Shown here one piece after another: positions 26,227-39,713 of a DNA stretch of 64,000 nucleotides. A model generated the notes under the pieces. The model saw only the letters and a list, made by a program, of their open reading frames with translations. It had not been told where the DNA came from and searched no databases. Each line of letters starts with the position of its first letter. Within the stretch, counting starts at the first letter, position 1. A program made the translations under genes and the position numbers. This DNA is from Octopus bimaculoides (taxonomy: Eukaryota), in assembly GCF_001194135.2 (NCBI RefSeq), contig NC_068992.1:13955037-14019036 (forward strand), written 5' to 3'.

Positions 26227-26850
26227 TGTATGTTTATGTATATGCATATGGGTGTGTATGTGCGTTTTGACAGTCTCCTTTGAGTTTCGCCCTGAGATTG
26301 TCATCAGCATTCGCTATTCTGGGGTAGATTAACTTGTTTCTAGTATATATAGGGATGACTTTACCTTCGATGTGTGTCTGTGATAACCTAATTTATGAGG
26401 GTTTTATAAGCAGCTCATCGACCATTATCGTCGAAAATTATGGCATGTAACTCGACCTTGTAGGACCTTTTAGTAGGTGATGTGTAGATAATGTGAAATT
26501 ACGATATTTTGTGATTTTATATTAACTTTCGTTACTCTGTTTGTGTATTAAAATATGTAGGTGTTAAAAGTATATCAAGAAAAAATTTTACTCATTAAAA
26601 ATAGATAATTATTGATTATTCAATTAGAGCATAACATTATTTTAAGATAAAATTTGTTTAAATTATATCTATTTGTAACAAATGTGCAGCTATTACTCTT
26701 ATGTTATTTTTAGGTGCAAACAGAAGTTCTAAGTTTGAACAAAACCTTTATTTAAAACAATATTTACAATAACATCATTTTTTTCTATTATGAAGGTAAA
26801 TATAATTAACTATAATAGAAATGATCCCGGGAAAAAAAACAAGTGCACTA

Positions 26851-27850
26851 CACTGAAAAATTCGGGCGCAGAATCCTGGAAATTCCATAAAATTGAACCT
26901 GGAGAAGTAGAGAACAAGTAGTAATTAGTTTGGCAAAGTACTGGACAAGAAAGAAAACATAAAATATTGCTGCTGAAATAAAAATTTGCTAAATATATTT
27001 CTGGAATTGTTCATCAAATAGCGTGTGTACTTGTTTGGTTTTCATTTTAAATGTTATTTTTTTGTTTTTTATTGCAAATTATTTTCATTTAAGTTAATAC
27101 TTTTATTTAAAAATTTCTTCGTATTAGGCTAAAACATTTCTGTCTTATTTTTAGCATCATATCATCTTTTTAATTTTATTTTCTTAAAAAAGCCATTATC
27201 CAAAACTTTCAAATCACAGATATTGTTATAAAATTTAACTCATGTAGAATATATGTAATTCAAAAGAATGAAAAAAAGTAGCAAAATAAAACTTTTAAGA
27301 AACAAAAGAAGTCATTACTTTAAAGTTTCCACTATCAGATAACAGACTATTTTCTATTTCTAGTCAGGAGAATATTTAAAAAAATGAAAGCTAATGAACA
27401 AATTGAGTGCAAAATGTGGAAATCACTCTCTATTTAAAAAAAAAAAAAACTTGGGGTTTGTAATAAATTGTCAATTTTGTTTAATTGCAATTATGCGGAT
27501 TTTAAAGTACATAGATTTCTAATATCAATACTTTCTGTTTAAACTCGTAGGCAATTAGTCTTTTCACAAAAATTGAAAATAAATAGCTTCTCGAGTTTGT
27601 TTTTAAATTTTTATGTAAACGTTTAAAAAATATAAAATGGCATTTATTACTATTATAGTTTTTAAGTTCTAATTTCAGCAGCAATGTTTTGACTTTTTCT
27701 GTCTTCTTGTCCTGTACTTTCTAGTTACAATACATAAGAATAGTTTAACACTTTGTGCCTGCAGCTTTCATTCTGTTATTGTTTCTTCTGCACTTTTCCA
27801 GGCTCAGTACTTAAGGCTATTCTAAGATTCTGCGCCCAAATTTTTCATCC
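26851..27850. mobile_element. About 1-kb non-autonomous DNA transposon-like element with long imperfect TIRs
   Basis: 26852-26920 (tgaaaaattcgggcgcagaatcctggaa...tgaacctggagaagt) vs reverse complement of 27785-27847 (tgaaaaatttgggcgcagaatcttagaa...tgagcctggaaaagt). Left end CACTGAAAAA. Very AT-rich interior. Confidence 0.7.
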
Positions 27851-27890
27851 TAAGATACACGTATATATGTGTGTTTACACGCCCCCACAC

Positions 27891-27977
<87 letters not shown>

Positions 27978-28000
27978 CGGGCTGCGAGTGTCTGTGAAAC

Positions 28001-28268
28001 GCGTGGCTTAGTAATCGGGAAGTAGCATTCATGATCGCTACATCATGGGTTCGAAATCCGGACCGAGCAGTGCGTTGTGTTTTTACGCAAGATGCTTCAT
28101 TCCACATTACTCGGTTCACTCAGATGGAAGAGTCTTCGGATCAGGGGCAATGTTGCCCTGCTCACCCAGCCAATACTGTGGAATATATGGGAATCTAAAA
28201 CAATGCAAAATGCTTATTGGGACCAGTGATGTATAAAACATCCGATAGTCTGGTGGATCACGTGATCA
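28001..28268 (+). mobile_element. SINE-like family B
   Basis: gcgtggcttagt...gggttcgaaatccggacc...gcgttgtgtttttacgcaagatgcttcattccac. Confidence 0.7.
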
Positions 28269-28281
28269 TGTGATATGTACA

Positions 28282-28314
<33 letters not shown>

Positions 28315-29330
28315 GCTTCTCAACCTTATAAAATAATATTTTATGCAATGCCATTCACAAAAGTCTTTTATTGTCCTGAGCATTTCAAAATTGATTTACG
28401 TTTCTCATATTGTCATTGTTAATTTATGATTTATACTTGCTGACATCATTCTTTTTATATTTTCTTACATTCATTAGAGTTTCACTTTTTATACGCTAAA
28501 GTGAAATCATCTTAATACCTGGACGTTTTTTAATAACAGTACATTAGCCTCTAAGCTTGAATTATATATATTTTTGATGAGTAATTAATAGACTTTTGGT
28601 ATCTTTCAAGAGATATTATTGTTTACAAACGTATTTAATGTAAATTATGATCTTCTAAATTGACATGAATGTTTATTGAAACGATTGAAGACAGCTTACT
28701 GCTAGAAAACGTGACGTTTAATATTATGTTAGCATTTATTCATTAACATATTAAGTCTGACTTGCTAGAAATTGGTCATGCAAAGAAAAAACATAAATAT
28801 GAGAAGGGCTATTCTCGTTTTCGGCAATTCAATCAGGTTTCCAAAAGTATACAACGTCTCAATGAACGTTCTGCTTTACGTTGAATAGTATTTCTTATCA
28901 CTATACACAGTTGAAATCTTCAAATTTACGTACTGTATTCGTTCTTATTCTAGCCTGAAGTTCAAAATTCTGTTAAAGAGAGGATTAGAGAATTTATTGA
29001 TATAATTCAGTTCTAACTGATGCAATGGTTTGCACATTGTTGATATTGCCTTGTCAATGATTATGTAATGATCTTTTTATCTTATTAAAATCATATATAC
29101 CAACAGATTATCTTTCTCATCGATTACATTGAACTTTCATTCTTTCAAAATACAAGCGTTTTCTGCGAAACTTGTTCTTTTTAATGTAATGTGTACAGAT
29201 TTATGTAATGTTTCTCAGGGGTTGGCTCAAATTAAAAGAGCTATTTCCGTGTTATCAGTTTTGTATCAGCAATAGTTTGTCTCTTTTAAAATCAAGCAAT
29301 CATTAATAGGACGATCGTCACGATTTTGTT

Positions 29331-29365
<35 letters not shown>

Positions 29366-29451
29366 NNNNNNNNNNCATGTGTGTGTGTGTGTGTGTGTGT
29401 ATGTGTGTGTGTGTGTGTGTGTGTGTTCGAAAAAACAAGAAACGTAAGCGA

Positions 29452-29556
29452 GAAACATTTTGAATACAGCTTGAAACATTTTGAACATATCTCGAAACAT
29501 TTTCAACATAGTATTTTTACATTTTAAACATAGCTTAAACATTCTATTCAGCTTGG
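29452..29556. repeat. Degenerate 21-bp minisatellite, about 5 units
   Basis: gaaacattttgaatacagctt / gaaacattttgaacatatctc / gaaacattttcaacatagtat / ... Confidence 0.75.
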
Positions 29557-29861
29557 ATGTAAGCAAGAGCAAATTGGTGTCAGCTTTCAGTACAGACGAT
29601 TACAAAAGTACTAAAATTTGGAGAGGAACAACACAAATGATGGGAAATAGATACGCATCTGCCGGGTTTCTGAATACCAGTTTTTCATCGCTGTTATTGC
29701 TTGAGCCAAACATCGAAACCCGTCAGAGATGGAGGTTTTGCTGGACAATAACATTGCACTGTTCTAGATTACTGGTTGCCACTCGGCAGTAATTTGTTAT
29801 CTATCCGATATCAAGGAAAACTGGGGCAACGACAATAATAAAAATAGTCATAATAATAATC

Positions 29862-30040
29862 ACCCTTTCAAATATAGGTAGAAGGTCGGTTATTTTAGGA
29901 GTTGAAAAACCTACTCTACGTTATCGATCCGAGTATTTGATTGGTACGTATTTCATCGACCTCGAAAGGATGAAAAACAATGTCGAACTCGGCGGTATTT
30001 GAACGCAGAACGTAAAGAGCCGGAAGAAATGCCAGCTCAC
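29862..30040 (-). mobile_element. SINE-like family C
   Basis: catcgacctcgaaaggatgaaaaacaatgtcgaactcggcggtatttgaacgcagaacgtaaag. Confidence 0.8.
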
Positions 30041-30042
30041 CA

Positions 30043-30043
30043 C

Positions 30044-30113
<70 letters not shown>

Positions 30114-30117
30114 GTAA

Positions 30118-30180
<63 letters not shown>

Positions 30181-30263
30181 TGATGATGATGATGATGATG
30201 ATAAGAAGGGGGGAGAAGAAGAAGAAGAAGAAGAAGAAGAAGAAGAAGAAGAAGAAGAAGAAG
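30043..30263. repeat. Compound trinucleotide microsatellite (AAT)n-(GAT)n-(GAA)n
   Basis: Directly visible. Source of the poly-N/D/E ORFs in the track. Confidence 0.95.
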
Positions 30264-31984
30264 AATTTGCTTTATCCAACAACAGAATCTAATGCGTTGG
30301 TCAGACAGACGAGGAGACAAAAAAAAACAATAAAGTATGAGGTAAGAAATATTCGTCAAAATGAAGAATGTGCGAACACATGGGTGGTAGGGAATATGGG
30401 AACATGCCACACACAAATGATTGTGCAGAGACATTGAAAGCAAATTTTTGGTTATTCTTCTAGTCCCAGCCTTATGTCCCACCTAATGTAGGCTTAAATA
30501 TCTGCATCTATTTGGGCGCTCTCACATACCACATAAATTGACGTAATACAATATTAAACATATTTATAATCAATATCATTACAAAACACTTTATTACCAC
30601 AACCTGTAAAGATGCCTCTAAATGCTTTGCGATATTTAATCATACGCCTGTTCTTCGTGCTCTGAGCTTATCTTTTACTGTCGTAAGACCCCTTCTGAGG
30701 TCCATAAAATAAAGTATCAGACAAATATTAGAACTGATTGATCCGGTTGTATGTTGCTCTAAAATTAAGGGTTATATCTGAGAAAATTAGCAATCGTTAT
30801 TATTATGCAAAAACAAGAAATAGAAGCAATCCTCAAGAATCATTAAGCAAGGTATACAATATATTTTATGCATATTTATAACCTTTTGACATTGTAGGAA
30901 ATATTCGTAAGGGGATCACGCATGCCTCTGTTAAAGGCGCCAAGTTTTTAGACTTATGCGGAACATGACTGCTAAAAATTTACATATTGATAATTTCATG
31001 CATGTATTTAACGTTTTTGTGGCAAATATATTTATGAAATTCAATGCTAATTATGAAAGCATAGTTTTAAAATATCACGAAGTCGTTTAAATATATATCG
31101 GTATGCGGTTTTCTAGAAAATGTACGAAATTGAAGAAATATAGATTGATGTAGTATAACACGAAGGAAATAATCAAGTAAGCAGTAAAGTATGAATATAG
31201 TAAAATATTAAAAGGCATATAAGGGGGGAAAAAAAGACATTTCGTTTCTAATGTAATGTACAAATGTAATTTTGAGGAACAAATTTGTTAATCTTGCTCT
31301 AAATTTATTCAGCTGGCAAAATATTTGGATTCACTTCAAAAGTTTGATTAAGCATTTGCTATAACATGAATTTTAATCATGTAAACCGAAGATAAATTAA
31401 TCATATTTTTTTTATAAACATATAATCTATGATTTCTTCCTAAAATGACTTACTGTTAGTATTGAGAATTCTAACTTCATTACAGCATAGCTTCATGAAT
31501 ATATATTTTCAGTTAGTTAATGCCATTGCAAACATTTTCCCTTTAAGAAGTATTGTATCACGAACCGATTTAAATTTCTGTTGAAGGCGATTTCTGTTGA
31601 AGTCCTGGAAATATTAGCTGTGGTCCCTTATGTCGCTATTCAATTATATACCTTTATAATCACAGCTTAGTCTCAGGCTGACGTTTACTTTCGCTTTCAA
31701 ATTTCACCATTCCATAAGATGGAAACTAATGGTGTTATTTTTCTCCCCAGTATCATGTAACCTTGCACAATGCAAGGACTAATATCAACATTAGAAGTGT
31801 GGTTAATTGCAGATTCGTTAAAGCATGAAAGAGGATAAATTTCATAGCGTGGAAGATATTATCATTATTAAATTAAATAAAACAGAAGTAGTAATGTAAT
31901 GGTTTGTTGCCAACTTTATGTGGCAGTCCCAGGAAAGGGAAGAATACTGCTGATATTTAGCACCATGAAATATATATTAACCAG

Positions 31985-32046
31985 TAAAATCCGCGATGTA
32001 CTGAGGGCGTGATAGATGAACCGCGATATGGCGAGTGATTACTGTA
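31985..32046 (+). mobile_element. TcMar-Tigger/pogo-type right end fragment
   Basis: ccgcgat...gaaccgcgatatggcgagtgattactg followed by TA resembles Tigger-type termini (CGAGGGATTACTG-TA). No left end found. Confidence 0.55.
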
Positions 32047-33655
32047 TATCAATAAATAAGGCGCTGAAGCAGTAGTTGCTCTTAAAAAACTGAATCCACA
32101 TCGTTGAACGGTGTAGATCCACCAATCCACCATTGTAGAAAGGTTTATGCCTTATGTATTACTACATCGCGTTTTTCAACTGCACCACAGCACTACAAGG
32201 AAGAATTGAAAACAGCTAAATAATAAGGAAAAATTTCGGTGTTTTTCGCGGCGCGCTATAGATATATCCCATCTCCCATATCACACTCTCTGTCTTACAA
32301 AGGAAATAACACTTAGCATATTGTAGTAGTAAAATAAGTATCTCTGAAAAGACGAGAAATGCGAATTCATTTTTATATGCTACGTAGGTTAAGTAATTTC
32401 TTTTTCGGCCTCTGTATCTTCAGCTATGAATCTGCCATAATTGCTTGCTCAATAAATTATATTTTCTCGGAAATATTTTAATTTACTGATTGTTATTTTG
32501 CGTTATACAGCATTAATTATTTCCGATGTATTCTGAATGTTAATGTTCTGTTAAACTACCGTTAGCTTAATTGCATTTTCTCCATTTATTTTCGTTTATT
32601 TGTTTCTCAGCCGCTTTGTCAATCGTTCTCAAAAAGTATTATGTGTTAAAACATATTATTATCCTTTACTCCATTCTCTGAAAAAAAACGATGTAATATT
32701 CGCTGAACCAAGTTGAAGGGAATGGCCAAAAGCTTAGTTAAATACTAATAGAAGTTATAAAGCAATAGGGTGGTGAACTGGCTGAATAGACAGTACTCCA
32801 GACAAAAAGCTTGGCGGTATTTCTTTTGGCTTTAATTCTGTTTTCAAATTCCTCCGAGGTCCACTGTCCTTTTCTTGGTTTACTTGCTCTCTACCCCAAA
32901 TTTCAGGCCTCATGCCTATAGAAGAAAGAAAAAATATGAAACAATATTTATGAACTTACAGCATATTTCGGCTGCCTGAACAAAACCTTTCTGTAGATAA
33001 TCATTTTTTACCCAAGCTTTTCTATAGTATTTATACAAAATGCTTATTGATTTACATTAGTTGTAAGAGCAGTGTTATGCATTGAAATAAACCAGATTAC
33101 TCTAATCTTTTTGCTTCTTCTACCACGTGGGTTGTCTTCCGTGTATACTTGCATCTTATATAAGATTATATAAGTTTTTTTTAAACTCTCTAACGTACAG
33201 TTATTCTATTTTGTCTCTCATCTCTGAAATAGTGGACAATTTATTTAATATATAACACAAACTTGAGATTTTTCTCTCCTCTATATAAGACACTTATTGC
33301 ATGTCTCCTCAAATATATGCAAAACCGATCATAACGTTCACCGAAATGTTTTTAGTTGCAGCAGATTGTTACATTTTAGTCAAGATATGTTCAGATGCTA
33401 GGAGGCTTTTCTGTGTCTAGTGATATAGAATGCATAAAGCAATGGCTTACTTGTCCAATATCAGCTTAACTGAAATCTAGTTACTTCTTACATAAATTGG
33501 AAGCCAAAAGTCTACAAACATCGACCAGGAATTAGCAACGGGGGAAATATATATTTCTTACTTTTGTGTCTGCGTGTGTACGTGTATGTGTGACTGCATG
33601 ATTGTGTTTCTTTTTTTCTTTCATTCTTTTTTGCCTTTCTCTCCTTCTCTGTATA

Positions 33656-33737
<82 letters not shown>

Positions 33738-35023
33738 CGTGCGTGTTTATGTGTTTGCGTGCGTCTGTGTTTGTACGTAAGTGCTTTTAACCAAGTTGTA
33801 AGTAAAACTGAATCTGAATCTCAGCAAAATTGAAGATGCACAGAAAGAATTTCTAATATTCATACTTGACTATATTTACATGTTATAGGCTGTTAGTATA
33901 TGCATATCCAGCAACACAAATACAGCAATGTGACAGTGTTACCAATTAGAATAGTGTAGGGAGATATCATAGTAGGACATCGGATTCAGTTAGCAACTAT
34001 GTTCTTATATAGAGGGAGTACATATATATATACAGGGAGTATATATATATATATATATATACATTACTGTTCCATTCCGAAATATATCCATTACTAGCGA
34101 TGAAATAACGGAGGGAAAGAGTTTCACGGTTAATCCTGAACAATAGTTGTGAAATTATAGTATTATTATTCCTCATGTTTGCTTTAGATGCCATATGTAT
34201 ATTACTAACATACTCAATAATCACTGAAAGATGAACATACTGTATTAGAATTGCAAATAAACCGCAGGTGAAATTACCATCAAAGATATTAATCCGATAG
34301 TATAATATACTAAACAAATGTAAAACGTTGTTTACAATTAAAAGAGCGAGCAATTCCAATTTGGGAGATGATATGTATGAAAACTTCCAATGTAGCATGT
34401 AGTATCGTTAGAAATACAGGTTACTGATAGCACATGAGTGTTTAGATAACGTTATTACCGAATGCGAAAGGAATACGTTTTCACACTACATACATATTTG
34501 TGAGTAACACTCTACCACCTAACGAAGTTTACTACAATATGAATATTTAATATATGGAAAAAGATAACCCTCCTCAAGAAATGATTTTAGCGTCTAGCAG
34601 ATTAGAATATATTTTCAGCCACACAGATTTTAAAATACTTAAAAGGATAAATAATTAAAATACAGATGATAAACAGAATCTTAGACCCAAACGATAAGCA
34701 ATCAGATGAATAACTTTAAAACGTTTGGAATTTAAATCTCGAAATTGAAACAAGCGCAAAGAAAACGGCAGAAATGAAATAAAACCTCATCTTTTTTAGC
34801 GAGTCCTGACCAACGTAACCGGAATCGCAACCTCAAAAAATTTGAATACGAGTTAATAGCAGAAATATTCGTCTGTTAAAATATGAGCGATGAAAATTTA
34901 GGATATGAAAATAGCATCACAGAAACAGAAGACCTTAACGATCAACGGAAAGAGATCTCATTCGGAATAAAAAAAATATAAAAAATAGTAATATAAATGT
35001 AGCAATAATAATAATAACAATAA

Positions 35024-35121
35024 CGAAGAAGAAGAAGAAGAAGAAGAAGAAGAAGAAGAAGAAGAAGAAGAAGAAAAAGAAGAAGAAGAAGAAAAAGAAG
35101 AAGAAGAAGAAGAAGAACAAG

Positions 35122-35156
<35 letters not shown>

Positions 35157-35316
35157 GAAGAAAAAGAAGAAGAAGAAGAAGAAGAAGAAGAAGAAGAAGA
35201 AGAAGAAGAAGAAGAAGAAGAAAAGAAGAAGAAGAAGAAAAAGAAGAAGAAGAAGAAGGAGAAGGAGAAGAAGAAGAAGAAGAAGAAGAAGAAGAAGAAG
35301 AAGAAGAAGAAGAAGA
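35024..35316. repeat. (GAA)n/(CAA)n compound microsatellite
   Basis: Directly visible. Confidence 0.95.
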
Positions 35317-36446
35317 ATTATAAGGATAATAATCCCGAAAGTTGAACATAATAGACGCACAAAAACATATTCGAGCAAAAATATGACTAAAAGAACTTCA
35401 GTAGTCATATTGTAATGTATAGAATTCTTCAAAATGCCTCATTTAAGAAAGCGAACAAAGAGGAAACAAATGACATTGGAAATACTCCCAATACTTAATG
35501 AGATCGACAGCAGACAAGTAGAAATAAATAGAAGATAACTAGACAACTACGACAGAAACGCAATAGACTAATAAAAAGATAAGCACTCAAATGAAAGATT
35601 ACCTACAACGATATATCTTCTTTAAATCGTAGAAAAAAATCATACATCATGGTAAAGTGACAATAATTATGTGAATACAATATACAGGTTATCAGTAAAT
35701 GAAAATAATTTTACGTAGACCGTTGCTTTAAAAGGAAAGCTGAAATGAATGCAGTGTCAAGAGATACTGGAGATTTGAATAAGTGGGTATTTGAAATAGA
35801 TGGTAAGCCACGGGCAAGGATGTGAAAAAGTATAATTGCAATAGAACCAATTTTTTTTTTTTAATAATACCAAATAATAATCAAAATACACAAGATGAAC
35901 TGTAAAGATACCAAAAAGATGAAGGTTTTTAGTATTTTTGATTCAATATTTAAAAGATATTGTTGTTTGCTTTGTCTTTTTTAAAATTCTGCGTATGATG
36001 GCACTATTTTCCGTTGAACAGTCATTCATCCGGTTGGCTTATTTGGAAGCTTGTATACTCTGTGATTGTCCTTTTTTCGTTCCTTCCACTTGCGAACAGT
36101 GATGTCCTTTTGCATACTTTCACGTGACACATATCCCGACATCTTATTTGTTGAGATACTTGTTTACAAAAACACATACAAAAAGAACAACAAAAAGTAA
36201 TCATGAAGTGCATTTGAGATTTTGATCAAAATATAAGAGCATCCTTATTATACGGAAATAACTGGATAGCAAATAATCAAACAATTTTAAATAAAACCTG
36301 AGAAAAAAAAACAAAACAAACCAGAATGATAAACATTCTAAAGTTAACATCTCGCCAGCAATATAAACAATGCAAACACCAACAACAACAACAACACAAC
36401 AATAATAAAACGAACAACAATACGCAGAATAATAGCGATAATATAG

Positions 36447-36590
36447 TATAGTTTTGTCAGCCAGGAGATGATCCTTGGTACTTCTGTATTTACACTTGCA
36501 GCCCTTCTGCTCATGTGGCAGGTCTCCAGTTTCTCCCACATGTCCGTACATTGACTCTGCGACTATACCAGTCAATAATTTCTACATGTG
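36447..36590 (-). pseudogene. Non-LTR retrotransposon RT fragment, R4/Dong-like
   Basis: [47 protein letters not shown] matches the WKLLTGI...LPxEQKGCR...GTKDQLLIDK motif. Confidence 0.8.
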
Positions 36591-36796
36591 ACATGCAGGA
36601 AAGAGAGGAAGAGAGAGGTAAAAACTTCGTTGTGGATTATTGAACACTTACTGTCTGTCTGTCTGCCTCTCTCTCTCTAGGTATCTGTTTGTGTATATGT
36701 GTGTATGTATGCGTGGCTCGCTGGATCTCTCTCGATATATCAGCAAATCACAAAATCGCACCAACTAGCATCACCACTACCGCCAAGCTCATCATG

Positions 36797-36833
<37 letters not shown>

Positions 36834-37041
36834 NNNNNNNNNNNNNNNNNNNNNNNNNNNNNNNNNNNNNNNNNNNNNNNNNNNNNNNNNNNNNNNNNNN
36901 NNNNNNNNNNNNNNNNNNNNNNNNNNNNNNNNNNNNNNNNNNNNNNNNNNNNNNNNNNNNNNNNNNNNNNNNNNNNNNNNNNNNNNNNNNNNNNNNNNNN
37001 NNNNNNNNNNNNNNNNNNNNNNNNNNNNNNNNNNNNNNNNN

Positions 37042-37205
37042 GATGTTAGTGCGTTTGCATCTCTGTAATTTAGCTGCTCAGCAGAAGAGACTGATTGAAT
37101 AAGCACCAGGCTTACAGGGAATAAGTACAGGGGTCAATTTCTTCGACTAAAGGGTGATGATCAAGCATGACCACCGTCAAATGACTGAAACAAGTAAAAA
37201 GAAAA
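37042..37205 (+). mobile_element. SINE-like family A, 3' half
   Basis: gaataagcaccaggcttacaggg...cttcgactaaaggg...aaatgactgaaacaagtaaaaag. Confidence 0.8.
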
Positions 37206-37453
37206 TTAAAAGAATACGAGAAAGACGTTCCGCACCACTAAACCAAGAAGGTTCTTTGAATATGCACGATGTATTTTAAGGTTAAATAGTAATTCCGTTT
37301 AAGTTTGTGTGAACTGAGATATTTTGGTTGGATTATATAGCCATTGGTATTACATTACTTTCTAAATTCTGTAACTGTCACAGTACACTTTTCTAGGCCT
37401 GAAATTATTTGTGGGGAGGGGGCCAGTTGATTAGATCGATTCCAGTACACAAC

Positions 37454-37768
<315 letters not shown>

Positions 37769-38013
37769 ACAAGTCACAATTTAATGATATACTGCTGACT
37801 AGCAAACATAATTACGAAGAGCGAAGTAACGGCTGGTATTGCTAGTTTAAATATAATTGGCTATTGCAATATCTTGTAGCAGAATTTATAGAGATTTTAT
37901 ACTTCATGGTGAATCTTCTGTCATAATAAATGATGCTTTAGTGCTTTGAGCTTTCATTGAAGTGAACTCAAAAGTGAAAGATTACTTTTAATGTGCGTGC
38001 ATTTGTGTGTGTG

Positions 38014-38045
<32 letters not shown>

Positions 38046-38616
38046 AGTGATCGATTTTGAAACAAATTTCTTAATGCTTTCACATGACTTAAGCGAAAGA
38101 TATAATATACTGCAGACTCTGTTCGCAGATGCAAAGTTCGGAATGTGCTTGCGTTTTAATATATACCATATATCATATCTGTTAATTTATTCCCATTCTA
38201 AGCAATATGCATATTTTGTGTGTGTGTGTGTGTGTGTGCGTGTGTGTGTATGCATCTATGTATATACATTTAAATACTTTAATCTGGTTTAACTAGTAAC
38301 TTTCCCTTTTTGGTGATAACCGCTGTTTTGTATTTTTCCAAACGTGTGTTTGCGTGGGCGCTTGCTCATATGTGCTGCGCATGCGCGCTTCTGTGTGTGT
38401 GTGTATGTGTGTAGGGGTGTGCGTGAATTCAGAACAAAAATGATCTGCTGCTTGTAATCATATAAAAACAATACTGATTGGGCATCTCTTGCAAACCCTT
38501 TATCTACCCGCCTCGTGTCTGATTCTGGTATGTGTAGGATCGTTGAACACGCTGACGTTGCATAAAATATCTCGGTCTGCAAGGGTCGTTGAACTGAAAA
38601 AGGAGTCAACACTCAC

Positions 38617-38670
38617 CGTGGAAATGTATGATTGAAGGGGGCTAGAAACCTCTCCAGTCTTGCATCGCTT
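38617..38670 (-). CDS. Candidate 54-nt exon, or 3' end of a first exon; product unknown
   Basis: Minus strand ccttgtttttttcctctcag|AAGCGATGC...TTTCCACG|gtgagt. Open as KRCKTGEVSSPLQSYIST (phase 0) or SDARLERFLAPFNHTFP (phase 2). No recognised homology. Confidence 0.25.
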
Positions 38671-39193
38671 CTGAGAGGAAAAAAACAAGGTGTTGTGTCT
38701 TCAATGCTCATCGAACCGAAAGCTCAGCAGACTTTTGTTATTTTGACTGTTGTTATTGTTGTGGACATTATTGCTGTTATTGGGTCTGAAACTATGTCGA
38801 CATGCACACACTCTCTAACACATCGTCTTTCTCACCCCTCTCTTCCCCTCTCTGTCTCTGCCTTTCCTTGTTGCGCAGGCCCCTATTTAAACAAATTCGT
38901 TTTTATACCGTTAAAAACCTTGTGTGTTACGTTGATCTTTTCACCCAAAATGCCTGGTGGCTTTCTGGACCAATATACATTCTATGTTTGCAGTGATTTT
39001 TCTGTGTTCCCGAATTATTGCTTATCACGTTTGCTCACTTCTACGGTTCCGAGTTCAGACCACTGCGTGGCAATTTGGGCAAGTGTTCTCTACTATAGCT
39101 TCGGGCCGACCAAAGCCTTGTGAGCGGATTTGGTAGATGGAAACTGAAAGAACCCCGTTGTATATATGTGTGTGTATATATATATTGAACACT

Positions 39194-39378
39194 ATTGACT
39201 GAACACTATTCAATTTTTTTTCTCCGTGTTTTTCTCCTTGTCTCCGTATTCTTTCTGTTGAAGAGCGTAGCTCGAAACGTTAAAGACTTTCCGTATTCCC
39301 GAGCATCATACTAATACATCCTTTTGTTGTTTACACCACCTATCCTCGTCTGTTATTGTTTTTTCGTACATTCTCCCC
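39194..39378 (+). mobile_element. HH2 copy nested in family A
   Basis: Reverse complement of 4029-4196 and 14407-14600. Confidence 0.85.
39250..39286 (+). ncRNA. Minimal hammerhead-like fold (HH2)
   Basis: UCUUU CUGUUGAA GAGC GUA GCUC GAAAC GU U AAAGA. Predicted cleavage after 39281. Confidence 0.6.
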
Positions 39379-39444
<66 letters not shown>

Positions 39445-39713
39445 NNNNNNNNNNTTGTGTGTCTGTGTTTGTCCCCCAACATCGCTTGACAACCGATGCT
39501 GGTGTGTTTACGTCCCCCGTAACTTAGCGGTTCGGCAAAAGAGACAGTTAGAATAAGTACTAGGCTTACAAAGGATAAATCCTGGGGTCGATTTCTTCGA
39601 CTAAAGGTGGTGCTCCAGCATGGCCGCAGTCAAATGACTGAAACAAGTAAAAGAGTAAAAGAGTAGTAGTATGAGTAGTAGTACTATTAATAGTTGTAGT
39701 AGTAGGAGTATTG

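Larger units (their letters stand above)
39010..39665 (+). mobile_element. SINE-like family A interrupted by an HH2 insertion
   Basis: 5' half 39010-39170 and 3' half 39455-39665, with HH2 and (TA)n between them. Confidence 0.85.

Noticed and set aside
26275-26315. Minus-strand CUGAUGA...GAAAC
   Set aside because: No stem II, no GUH triplet, and no stem I pairing.
29916-30482. Poly-N/D/E, poly-Y/H/L ORFs (also 34935-35432, 37409-37805, 45963-46274)
   Set aside because: Translations of trinucleotide microsatellites with no splice or domain support.
34690-35520. A-rich stretches suggesting an old LINE
   Set aside because: No identifiable motif could be reconstructed by eye.
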